Shown here: positions 51,747-61,015 of the stretch, piece by piece | How positions within the stretch are numbered: the stretch's first letter is position 1 | Layout of the letters: each line of letters begins with the position of its first letter | Source: Bacilli bacterium | GTDB lineage: Bacteria; Bacillota_I; Bacilli_A; RF39; UBA660 | NCBI GenBank assembly: GCA_017541885.1 | Contig: JAFXYF010000011.1 | Coordinates: 85,007 to 149,006, forward strand | DNA: 64,000 nt | Direction: 5' to 3' | The notes under the pieces: generated by a model | What the model saw: the letters and a program-made list of their open reading frames with translations, nothing else | Told to the model about the DNA's origin: nothing | Databases searched by the model: none | Made by a program: the position numbers and the translations under genes

Positions 51747-52511
51747 ATGAGAATACCAATCTTTTTAAAAGAAAATAAAAATACTTATAAAGACGAGTAT
51801 TTACAAATAATTAAAGTATTATCAAGTAAATGTTTAATATATGAAAAGAATAGTTATTCTTATTTTGAGTTCATTAATTCTTATCTATTTCATAATTGGG
51901 AATATAGAGGGACATATTTAGATGTATATAGTTATTTAGAAAGTATCGGAATAAATCTAAATAATAAAAAGATTCATGAAGAAAACTTCTTATCATTTTT
52001 AGAGTTTATTTTAAATATAAATTTATTATTAGAATCTAAAAAGTATAAGAGTATAACATTTAGTGATAAAGCTAGTAGTATTCTATTTCATAACATTCCA
52101 ATAATTATAGATAATCTAGGATATTCTATCTATGATATAGATGATAAGATTTATATATTAAATAAGGATATAGAATATGATAATTTAATGGAACTAGTAC
52201 CAAATGATTTATATCCTCTAATTATGAGTTATAATCTACCTTCAAATAAAGGTATTAAGATGAAAAGAATAATTCTAAATAAAATCTATAATATAATTAA
52301 TGATAAATATAAAGTATATAATCCTTCAGTATATTCAAGTATTAAAACTATAATTACAAAAATGGGTATAATAGGGGATATTGATAAGAAATATAAAAGT
52401 TTAAGTACTTATAAATTAAAGAAATATTATGATTATTGTTTAGAAATGATCATTTATTTAGTAAAAAGTAAAGCAATATATGAATTTAGAGATGAAGTAA
52501 AAGCAGAATAA
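51747..52511 (+). CDS. Hypothetical protein
   Basis: Long ORF with AGGTGA RBS; no motif recognised. Confidence 0.6.
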   Translation: MRIPIFLKENKNTYKDEYLQIIKVLSSKCLIYEKNSYSYFEFINSYLFHNWEYRGTYLDVYSYLESIGINLNNKKIHEENFLSFLEFILNINLLLESKKYKSITFSDKASSILFHNIPIIIDNLGYSIYDIDDKIYILNKDIEYDNLMELVPNDLYPLIMSYNLPSNKGIKMKRIILNKIYNIINDKYKVYNPSVYSSIKTIITKMGIIGDIDKKYKSLSTYKLKKYYDYCLEMIIYLVKSKAIYEFRDEVKAE

Positions 52512-52564
52512 CTTGCTTTTCTTTTTGTTTGGAATTATAATAAATGGCAATTAGAGGTGGGTTT

Positions 52565-53362
52565 ATGGTTAAGAAATCTAAAAAAGATATTTTTATGGAA
52601 GAACATAAAGAAGAAATAAAGAGAGAACTTACAAATAATAGTATAGTTTTATCATTTGCATTTGCAATTATTGTAATTGGATTTATATCATGCTTTTATG
52701 AAACAGGTAATGGACTATTAATAGGTATAGCTTTATCTACATTATTATTAACTTTAATTCAATGTTTTAGTAATGGTAATACAATGCTAAATATTCTACC
52801 AATATTTACAATGTTAGCATTTGGATTCTTTGGAGGATTTATTGAAAAGATTCCTGTAGTAAATCTATTATTAAATGAATCATTACGTAACTTTATTATA
52901 TTTTTAGCATTTGCTTTATCATTCTTTACTCAAGCTTATAAAAATGTTATTTATCAAGCAAATTTAAAGAAACTAGAATTAGAATCAAATAATAATAAGA
53001 ATAAGATGATGTTAGCTCAATTATCTACAGATAAAAAGATAGTAGAATTAGCTAAGAAGATTAAACATATATCAGAAGAAAAAGGTATTCTTGATTTTCA
53101 GTTTAATCAAGCACTCCTAGATTTAATTAATTATATTGATGCAGAAAGTTTTGTCACAACAGTTAAATCAAGTTTAGTAATGAAAGGTAAAGATGAAAAG
53201 AAAACTACATTCGCAATTGAAGAAGTAGAAGAATCTATTCTAATGAGTAATGGCGTTAGTCGTGAAAGAGAAATAAATGCTAAGAAATTCAATGATATGT
53301 CACTAGACGAAACAGAACCAGAAGAAGAAGATCCATTTGATTTCGATTTTAAATTTGATTAA
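52565..53362 (+). CDS. Membrane protein (4 TM) with cytoplasmic coiled-coil C-terminus
   Basis: Hydrophobic N-terminal half and charged tail; GAGGTG RBS. Confidence 0.65.
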   Translation: MVKKSKKDIFMEEHKEEIKRELTNNSIVLSFAFAIIVIGFISCFYETGNGLLIGIALSTLLLTLIQCFSNGNTMLNILPIFTMLAFGFFGGFIEKIPVVNLLLNESLRNFIIFLAFALSFFTQAYKNVIYQANLKKLELESNNNKNKMMLAQLSTDKKIVELAKKIKHISEEKGILDFQFNQALLDLINYIDAESFVTTVKSSLVMKGKDEKKTTFAIEEVEESILMSNGVSREREINAKKFNDMSLDETEPEEEDPFDFDFKFD

Positions 53363-53443
53363 AAAGAAGATAGAAATCTTCTTTTTTTGTTTGACTACAA
53401 CTTTTAAAGGCCTTATAATTATATATAGGATAGGAAGTGCGTT

Positions 53444-54928
53444 ATGAAAAAATATTTTCTAATTATGTTTGTTTTTTTATTTGGATTTTTCGTTATGCCA
53501 TTTGTACATGCCGAAGAAATTCCAACAGAGGGTGTTACATATTTCTTAACATATCCTAATGGAGATGAAGATGTAGTTGAATCATACTCAATGTTAAAGG
53601 ATATTAAAGAAAAATTATTGTATGACGGTTATACAGATAGTGAAGGAAAAGTATATTTAACTGGATGGGCAGAACAAGGAAAACTAAGAATATTACAAGA
53701 AGTACCAGATGGATATTCTACTAATTTAAGAGAAGCAAGAGTAGATTTATCAAAAGCTAATAATTTTAGCTTTGTAAATTATAAAGGACTAAGTAATCCT
53801 CAAACTAGTAGATCCGTAATTATTGTTGCTATTGTATTATTAGTATTAGGAATAAGTTTCTTAGTTATTAGTAAAGATAAAAAGAAATCATTAGTAATAG
53901 TACCAATTCTATTAGTAATGTTTGGAGTATATCATGCAAATGCGTGGAGCAAGTCATTTATTATTTCAGTAAATGATGGAAAAGGAAATCCTTTAAGTAA
54001 TGTACATGTACTTGTATATGGTGAACCAGTAATAGATCCAGCATTAGCTGTTAAGATTGATGCCAATGGTGGTACATTCTTTGATGGATCTACATCAATG
54101 TACTTTAGATTACCAAAAGCTAATTGCAGTATGGAAGAGTTTACTGAATCATTAAGTGATGCAGATTATGATTATTTTACAGATAATATGTATAATGCAT
54201 ATCGTAATGGTTACAATATGATTTATCCAGAAATTCCAGAAGTATTAAATAATGGATCAGTATTAAGATTAGGTTGGGTTGAATCAGAAAATGCTGATGT
54301 AGTAATGATTCATGGAAATGGTGGAACAATAGATTTCTACGGAAAGAAATTACATGATGTAGCATTCTATAAAGAAATGTTTAGTACAGATTCTGTTAGA
54401 GATTTCAAAAATACAGGAATGTATTATGTAGGTGTTGATAATAACGCAAATTGTTCTCATTATAAGAAAGATGGTTCTCTAAATGATCCAAATAATGACC
54501 TACACTTTAGAGAAGATGAATTTAGAGAAGTATATTACATTTGTTGGAATAATAAACCAGATGGTATTTACATTAATGGAGATTTATTCTTAGGTACAGT
54601 TGATTCTTGTTATGAAGGATCAGAAATGCTATATTCAGATGATTATATGTCATTATTTAATGGATATAATACTGCATTTGTAAATACTGCTGCAGATACA
54701 ATTGAAATATCATATTTCAAAGATAATGATTCTGAATCATTACCTGATATAGATAGTGATGTTATTACTTCAGTAGAAATTGTTAAGAATGGACAAACTA
54801 TTCTTACATTAAATACAAGTGAAATGCTATTCAAAGGTAGTTATTATCAAATTAATAATACTAATAAGAATGGTGTATTTATCGATTATTTAGATGAATT
54901 ATATACTAAAGGATGCTTTGAACAATAA
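53444..54928 (+). CDS. Exported surface protein with internal sorting/TM hairpin and InlB B-repeat-like (DANGG/HGNGG) modules
   Basis: Signal peptide (..VHA), SpaA-like segment (TD.EG...L, E.P.GY), NPQTS plus TM, a second hydrophobic segment, then xNGG repeats. Confidence 0.6.
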   Translation: MKKYFLIMFVFLFGFFVMPFVHAEEIPTEGVTYFLTYPNGDEDVVESYSMLKDIKEKLLYDGYTDSEGKVYLTGWAEQGKLRILQEVPDGYSTNLREARVDLSKANNFSFVNYKGLSNPQTSRSVIIVAIVLLVLGISFLVISKDKKKSLVIVPILLVMFGVYHANAWSKSFIISVNDGKGNPLSNVHVLVYGEPVIDPALAVKIDANGGTFFDGSTSMYFRLPKANCSMEEFTESLSDADYDYFTDNMYNAYRNGYNMIYPEIPEVLNNGSVLRLGWVESENADVVMIHGNGGTIDFYGKKLHDVAFYKEMFSTDSVRDFKNTGMYYVGVDNNANCSHYKKDGSLNDPNNDLHFREDEFREVYYICWNNKPDGIYINGDLFLGTVDSCYEGSEMLYSDDYMSLFNGYNTAFVNTAADTIEISYFKDNDSESLPDIDSDVITSVEIVKNGQTILTLNTSEMLFKGSYYQINNTNKNGVFIDYLDELYTKGCFEQ

Positions 54929-55077
54929 ACTATAAAAAAGAAGGATAAAAAAGGAAGACAAAACCTTCCTTTTTTGTTGATATTAAAAGGTTTTAAGTGT
55001 CAAAAGTGTAAAGTTTCGTTGAAATAAAACAAAATCTTAGGTATAATAAAATAGAGTTCAATATTAGGAGTGAGAAT

Positions 55078-56985
55078 ATGTCAGATAAATATGATGCAAA
55101 GTCGATTAAGATCCTTGAAGGACTAGAAGCAGTTAGAAAAAGGCCTGGAATGTATATAGGATCTACTGATAAAAGAGGATTACATCATTTAGTATGGGAA
55201 ATTGTCGATAACAGTGTTGATGAAGCTATCAATGGATATGGAGACTACATTAAGATAACTCTACATAAAGATGGTTCTGTATCAATAGAAGATCATGGTA
55301 GAGGTGTACCTACAGGGATGCATGAATCTGGTAAATCTACTCCTGAAGTAATTTATACAATTCTACATGCTGGTGGTAAATTTGAACAAGATGGCTATAA
55401 AGTATCAGGAGGTCTACATGGAGTAGGTTCTTCTGTAGTTAATGCTTTATCTAAGTGGATGGAAGTAACCATTAAAAGAGATAAAGAAGAATCATATATT
55501 AGATTTGAGAACGGTGGTCATGTAGCAGTTCCTCTAAAAGTAATAGGAACTACTAACAAAACAGGTACTACTGTTCGTTTTATGCCTGATCCAGAAATTT
55601 TCTCTACAACAAGTTTTTCATATACTACCATTTGTGAAAGAATGCAAGAATCTGCTTTCTTGCTTAAAGGTATTACAATTGAAGTATTAGATGAAGAAGA
55701 TGGAAGAGATAATAAATTCCATTATGAAAGAGGAATTGAAGAGTATGTTGAAGAATTAAATAAAGGAGAAAATACTCTTCATAAGATTCTTACTTTCGAA
55801 GGAAATAAAGATAAAATTGAAGTAGAAATATCAATGCAATACACAGATACTTATAATGAAAAAATTGTAAGTTTCGTAAATAATGTTAAAACTGTCGATG
55901 GTGGTTCTCACGAAGTAGGATTTAAAACTGCTTTAACTCGTGTATTTAATGATTATGCTAAAAACAATGGCTTTGTTAAAGGTAATGATAAAGCATTTGA
56001 AGGTAGTGATGTAAGAGAAGGACTTACCGCTATTATCAGTTTAAAAATTCCAGAAGGAATTCTCCAATTTGAAGGACAAACTAAAGGTAAATTAGGAACT
56101 CCTCAAGCAAAAAATGCTGTTGAGCAAATTGTAACTCAAAACTTACAAACTTATTTAGAAGAAAATAAAGCTATCGCAACAGATATTATTAATAAGAGTT
56201 TAAAGAGTAAGATTGCTCGTGAAGCCGCAAGAAAAGCTCGAGAAGAAGCTCGTAAAGGAACTTCTAAAAAGAAAGAAGAAAGATCGCTTTCTGGTAAACT
56301 TGCTCCAGCTCAAAGTAAAGATAAAACAAAGAATGAATTATTCTTAGTCGAGGGAGATTCTGCTGGAGGTTCTGCTAAAGGTGGAAGAGATAGAAAATAT
56401 CAAGCTATACTTCCTTTAAGAGGTAAAGTATTAAATACTGAAAAGACTAAAGAAGATGACATTTTAAAGAACGAAGAAATAAATACAATTATTTATACAA
56501 TAGGAGCTGGATATGGTTCTAACTTTGATATAGATGATTGTCAATATAATAAAGTAATAATCATGAGCGATGCTGATGAAGATGGAGGACATATTCAATG
56601 TCTATTACTAACATTCTTCTATCGTTACATGAAACCATTAATTGAAGATGGTAGATTATTTGTTGCTCTACCACCATTATTTAAAATCCAAAGTGGTAAA
56701 GAAGTAGAATATGCTTATACAGTAGAAGAGATGCAACAAAAAAGTAAAGGTAAGAAATGTGAAATTCAAAGATATAAAGGTTTAGGTGAAATGAATGCAG
56801 ATCAGTTAGCTGATACTACTATGAAACCTGGAAGTAGAACTTTAATAAGAGTAAACATTGAAGATGCACAACTTGCTGAGAAGAGAGTTTCTATTCTTAT
56901 GGGAGACGATGTACCTCCTAGAAAAGAATGGATTGAAGAGAATGTAGAGTTCTCTCTTGAAGACGATTATAAAATTGCTAGTTAA
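55078..56985 (+). CDS. parE: DNA topoisomerase IV subunit B
   Basis: LEGLEAVRKRPGMYIGST, EGDSAGGSAK.GRDR, PLRGKVLN, QRYKGLGEMN and PRKEWIE.NV.F; adjacent to parC. Confidence 0.93.
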   Translation: MSDKYDAKSIKILEGLEAVRKRPGMYIGSTDKRGLHHLVWEIVDNSVDEAINGYGDYIKITLHKDGSVSIEDHGRGVPTGMHESGKSTPEVIYTILHAGGKFEQDGYKVSGGLHGVGSSVVNALSKWMEVTIKRDKEESYIRFENGGHVAVPLKVIGTTNKTGTTVRFMPDPEIFSTTSFSYTTICERMQESAFLLKGITIEVLDEEDGRDNKFHYERGIEEYVEELNKGENTLHKILTFEGNKDKIEVEISMQYTDTYNEKIVSFVNNVKTVDGGSHEVGFKTALTRVFNDYAKNNGFVKGNDKAFEGSDVREGLTAIISLKIPEGILQFEGQTKGKLGTPQAKNAVEQIVTQNLQTYLEENKAIATDIINKSLKSKIAREAARKAREEARKGTSKKKEERSLSGKLAPAQSKDKTKNELFLVEGDSAGGSAKGGRDRKYQAILPLRGKVLNTEKTKEDDILKNEEINTIIYTIGAGYGSNFDIDDCQYNKVIIMSDADEDGGHIQCLLLTFFYRYMKPLIEDGRLFVALPPLFKIQSGKEVEYAYTVEEMQQKSKGKKCEIQRYKGLGEMNADQLADTTMKPGSRTLIRVNIEDAQLAEKRVSILMGDDVPPRKEWIEENVEFSLEDDYKIAS

Positions 56986-57011
56986 TTAAAATATTTAGAA
57001 AGAGTGATTAT

Positions 57012-59576
57012 ATGCCTAAGAAAAAACTTGATACACAAGAGGTAATTGAAAAGATCTTTGATTATACCTTAGAAGACTTAATGGGTGAAAGATTTGGAAG
57101 TTATTCTAAATACATTATTCAAGATCGTGCTATACCTGACGCTAGAGATGGTTTAAAGCCTGTTCAGAGACGTATTCTATACTCAATGTATAAAGAACAT
57201 AATACATATGATAAAGGCTATAGAAAGAGTGCTAAGACCGTTGGAGACGTTATAGGTAATTACCATCCTCATGGAGATACATCAATCTATGATGCAATGG
57301 TGAGAATGTCACAACCATGGAAAACAAGATTACCTTATATTGATATGCATGGTAATAATGGATCAATTGATGGAGATTCACCTGCAGCTTATCGTTATAC
57401 TGAAGCAAGACTATCTAAAATAAGTAATGAAATGCTTAGAGATATCGATAAAGATACAGTAGAGTTTGCTCCTAACTTTGATGATACAACAGTAGAACCT
57501 ACAGTTTTACCCGCAAGATTTCCAGCATTACTAGTATATGGTGCTCAAGGTATTTCTGCAGGATATGCAACAAATATTCCTCCTCATAATTTAGGAGAAG
57601 TAATAGATGCAACAATTCATAGAATAGATAATCCTAACTGTCAGTTAGATACTCTAATGAAAATAGTTAAAGGACCAGATTTCCCTACAGGAGGTATTGT
57701 AGAAGGAATAGATGGAATTAGAGAAGCTTATGAAACAGGTAGAGGAAGAATTGTAATAAAAAGTAGATATACTATCGAAGAAACAAAAAATGGACCTCAA
57801 ATAGTAATTACTGAAATACCATTTGAAGTAAATAAAGCCTTAATGGTAAAGAAAATGGATGAGATCCGTATAGATAAAAAAGTAGATGGTATAGTAGAAG
57901 TAAGAGATGAATCTGCTCAAGATGTAAGAATTGTAGTAGATTTAAAGAAAAATGCAAATGCCGATTTAATAATAAATTATTTTTTAAAGAATACTGATAT
58001 GCAAATATCTTATAACTTTAATATGGTATCTATCGTAAATAGAAGACCAAAACTATTAGGTTTAAAAGAAGCATTAGATGCCTTTATTGCTCATCAAAAA
58101 GAAGTTGTAAGACGTAGAACAGAATTTGATCTAGCTCATGCTAAAGCAAGATATCATATCTTAGAAGGTTTAATTAAATGTATATCTATTCTAGATGAAG
58201 TAATTAAAGTAATTAGAGCTTCTAAAAATAAACAAGATGCTAAAGAAAACCTAGTAAAAGAATTTGAATTTACTTTGGAACAAGCAGAAGCTATTGTTAC
58301 ATTACAATTATATAGATTAACTAATACAGATGTAGTTTTATTAGAAGAAGAAATGGCAGATTTAGAGAAAAAAATATCTATTTGGGAACAAATCTTAAAT
58401 AATGAAGCAGCTCTAAAACATGTAATGAAGAAAGAACTACAAAATATTGGTAAAGAGTATGTTACTCCAAGACTTACTGATATTAAAGAAGAAATAACAG
58501 ACATTAAGATAGATGAAACTGCAATGATTCCAAAAGAAGATGTTGTCGTATTAGTTACAAATGATGGTTATATTAAACGTACATCATATCGTAGTTATAC
58601 TGCATCTAACATGGATGATTTAACATTAAAAGAAAATGATTATATTATTGGTTTATATGAAATGAATACAACAGATACATTACTTGTATTTACAAATGGA
58701 GGTAATTACTTACATATTCCAGTTCATATGATTCCAGATCTAAAATGGAAAGATATGCCAAAACATGTATCTAACTTAATAGAAGTACCAGCAGAAGAAC
58801 GTGTAGTTGGATGTATTCCAGCATATGACTTCTCAAGTGATAAGAATGTAATAATTACTACAAAGAATAGTATGATTAAACGTTCTAAATTAAAAGAATT
58901 TAAATTACAAAGATACAATAAAGCAAGTAGTTGTATGAACTTAAAAGATAATGATGAAGTAATCTCAGTAATGACAGAAGATTATGATACAGTATTTATG
59001 ACAACAAATACTGGTTATGGATTAAGTTTCAAAACTGATGAAATACCTCTAGTAGGAGTTAAAGCATCAGGCGTTAAAGGTATGAAATTAAAAGATGATT
59101 ATATCGTATCAGTAAATAATTTCTCATATAATGCCCATGAATTTATAAGTATTATTACAGAAAATGGTACTGGTAAGAGAGTAAGATTAACTGAATTTGA
59201 ATTATCAACTCGTACAAGAAGAGGAGTTCAAGTAATAAGAGAAGTTAAATCTAAACCATACATTGTCTTAAAAACATTTATTTGTGATTCAAGATGTCAT
59301 TTAGGTATCAAGAATGGTGAAATAGATATAGTTAAAGTAACAGAATTACCAATAGTAGATAGATACTCAACTGGTAGTCAAATAACTAAAAAGAGATTAA
59401 ATGACTCATTTGTAGTTGCGACTCTAGTAAAACCTAATATGGAACAAGAAACTCTAGTAGAAACCCCAGTAGAAGAACAAATTGTAGAAGAAGAAAAACC
59501 AGTTCCTAAAAAAGAAAGAGTATCTCTTGAAGAAATAGACGACAGATTAATGACAATTGATGACTTTCTAAAATAA
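57012..59576 (+). CDS. parC: DNA topoisomerase IV subunit A
   Basis: GERFG.YSKYIIQDRA.PD.RDGLKPVQRRILY, KSAKTVG.VIG.YHPHGD and AA.RYTEARL. Confidence 0.93.
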   Translation: MPKKKLDTQEVIEKIFDYTLEDLMGERFGSYSKYIIQDRAIPDARDGLKPVQRRILYSMYKEHNTYDKGYRKSAKTVGDVIGNYHPHGDTSIYDAMVRMSQPWKTRLPYIDMHGNNGSIDGDSPAAYRYTEARLSKISNEMLRDIDKDTVEFAPNFDDTTVEPTVLPARFPALLVYGAQGISAGYATNIPPHNLGEVIDATIHRIDNPNCQLDTLMKIVKGPDFPTGGIVEGIDGIREAYETGRGRIVIKSRYTIEETKNGPQIVITEIPFEVNKALMVKKMDEIRIDKKVDGIVEVRDESAQDVRIVVDLKKNANADLIINYFLKNTDMQISYNFNMVSIVNRRPKLLGLKEALDAFIAHQKEVVRRRTEFDLAHAKARYHILEGLIKCISILDEVIKVIRASKNKQDAKENLVKEFEFTLEQAEAIVTLQLYRLTNTDVVLLEEEMADLEKKISIWEQILNNEAALKHVMKKELQNIGKEYVTPRLTDIKEEITDIKIDETAMIPKEDVVVLVTNDGYIKRTSYRSYTASNMDDLTLKENDYIIGLYEMNTTDTLLVFTNGGNYLHIPVHMIPDLKWKDMPKHVSNLIEVPAEERVVGCIPAYDFSSDKNVIITTKNSMIKRSKLKEFKLQRYNKASSCMNLKDNDEVISVMTEDYDTVFMTTNTGYGLSFKTDEIPLVGVKASGVKGMKLKDDYIVSVNNFSYNAHEFISIITENGTGKRVRLTEFELSTRTRRGVQVIREVKSKPYIVLKTFICDSRCHLGIKNGEIDIVKVTELPIVDRYSTGSQITKKRLNDSFVVATLVKPNMEQETLVETPVEEQIVEEEKPVPKKERVSLEEIDDRLMTIDDFLK

Positions 59577-59633
59577 TAAAAGAAGATTTAATCTTCTTTT
59601 TTATTTTTATTCATATACTATAGTGGTGATTAT

Positions 59634-59921
59634 ATGAGTAAAGAGTCATTTATTACTTTCGCAAGGAATAAACCAGAACTAGCAAAAGTAGTTTTAAGAG
59701 GAGATGCTTCATGGCAACAACTCTATGAGTTATATGAAATATATGGAGAAAAAAATACTGTATGGGATAATTATTTAAAGAAAGATATTGATCTAAATCA
59801 ATTTAAAGATTTATTTGAAATAATAAAAAAAGTAGATCTAAATCAAGTTCAAAGTGGAATAGAAAATGTCCAAAAAACTATTGGACTACTACAAGATATA
59901 GGTTTTAAAGGTAGAAGATAA
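59634..59921 (+). CDS. YlbD-like spore coat protein
   Basis: F..F....P.L...V......WQ.LYE.....GE....W and D.NQ.Q..I..VQ..I; ylbD-E-F-rsmD synteny. Confidence 0.7.
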   Translation: MSKESFITFARNKPELAKVVLRGDASWQQLYELYEIYGEKNTVWDNYLKKDIDLNQFKDLFEIIKKVDLNQVQSGIENVQKTIGLLQDIGFKGRR

Positions 59922-60142
59922 TGAAAGAAGAAACATTAAAATATATTAGAACTCATAAAGAATTATATGATTTATTAAGAGAAGATTCATCTCTATATGA
60001 AGAAATATACAAGAATAATGATTATGTGTATGAATTACAAAAACTAGCAAAAGAAAAATATGGAACAAGATTTATTGATAAGATAGATAATTTATCAAAC
60101 AAACTAAATCTTCTATCTTCTTTTTTAGATATCTTTAAATAA
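59921..60142 (+). CDS. YlbE-like protein
   Basis: LRE.S..Y, AK..Y.....DKI....N; lies directly after the ylbD-like gene. Confidence 0.6.
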   Translation: MKEETLKYIRTHKELYDLLREDSSLYEEIYKNNDYVYELQKLAKEKYGTRFIDKIDNLSNKLNLLSSFLDIFK

Positions 60143-60160
60143 ATATGATACAATTATCTC

Positions 60161-60454
60161 ATGAATGAATTAATGAATAGTGTAGACAATTTTTTAAATG
60201 AGTTAGATTCTAGTAGTTTAGTTCTTGATTTAAAAGAAGTATTAAATAAAGTAAAAGAAGATAAAAAATTAGTAAAATTACTTGAAGAATATAATACATA
60301 TCCAAAAGAAAATATTAAGAATGAAATTATAAAGAATAAAACTTTTCAAGAATTTAAAATTAAGGAAACAGAACTTAATCTTTTTATCATGGAAATAAAT
60401 CAAAAATTAAAAACTATTTCTAAGAAAGGAAGCTGTAAACATGAAAGTAATTAG
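60161..60454 (+). CDS. YlbF-like regulator
   Basis: Helical protein of about 100 aa with F...E.ELN.....IN; synteny with ylbDE and rsmD. Confidence 0.5.
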   Translation: MNELMNSVDNFLNELDSSSLVLDLKEVLNKVKEDKKLVKLLEEYNTYPKENIKNEIIKNKTFQEFKIKETELNLFIMEINQKLKTISKKGSCKHESN

Positions 60455-60986
60455 TGGTATTTATAAAGGCAGAAATATTTTAGGTTTTGATCTAGATGGT
60501 ACTCGTCCAACAATGGATAGAGTAAAAGAGTCGCTTTTTGGAATGATTCAAAATAATATACCTAATAGTATTTGTTTAGATTTATTTGCAGGTTCTGGAA
60601 ACTTAGGCATAGAAGCATTATCAGAAGGAGCAAGTTTTTGTTATTTCTGTGATAGTAATCATAAAGCATATCAAACAATTAATTCTAATCTAGAAAATAT
60701 TGGTATTGAAGATGCTAAAGTACTTTGTATGGATTATATGAAATGTCTAAATTATTTACGTGAAGAAGATAGAAACTTTGATATTATTTTTTTAGATCCT
60801 CCATACAAAACAAATTATATTGAAAAAGCTTTAAATAAAATAAATGAATTAAATTTATTAAAAGATAACGGAATAATTGTCTGTGAAAGTGATTCAATAG
60901 ATAAAATAGTTTATCCAGATAATTTTATTTGTGTTAAAGATAGACAATATGGTGATAAATTTGTGGTTATCCTACATAAAATGTGA
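60441..60986 (+). CDS. rsmD: 16S rRNA (guanine966-N2)-methyltransferase RsmD
   Basis: VISG..KGR, TRPT.DRVKESLF, LDLFAGSG.LGIEALS and IFLDPPY. Confidence 0.95.
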   Translation: MKVISGIYKGRNILGFDLDGTRPTMDRVKESLFGMIQNNIPNSICLDLFAGSGNLGIEALSEGASFCYFCDSNHKAYQTINSNLENIGIEDAKVLCMDYMKCLNYLREEDRNFDIIFLDPPYKTNYIEKALNKINELNLLKDNGIIVCESDSIDKIVYPDNFICVKDRQYGDKFVVILHKM

Positions 60987-61015
60987 TATTATATAAGAGA
61001 ATAGTAGGTGAAGAT

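Noticed and set aside
55078-59576. gyrB/gyrA
   Set aside because: The N-terminal GERFG.YSKYIIQDRA, the ParE-type C-terminus and the lack of a recognisable GyrA-box favour topoisomerase IV.
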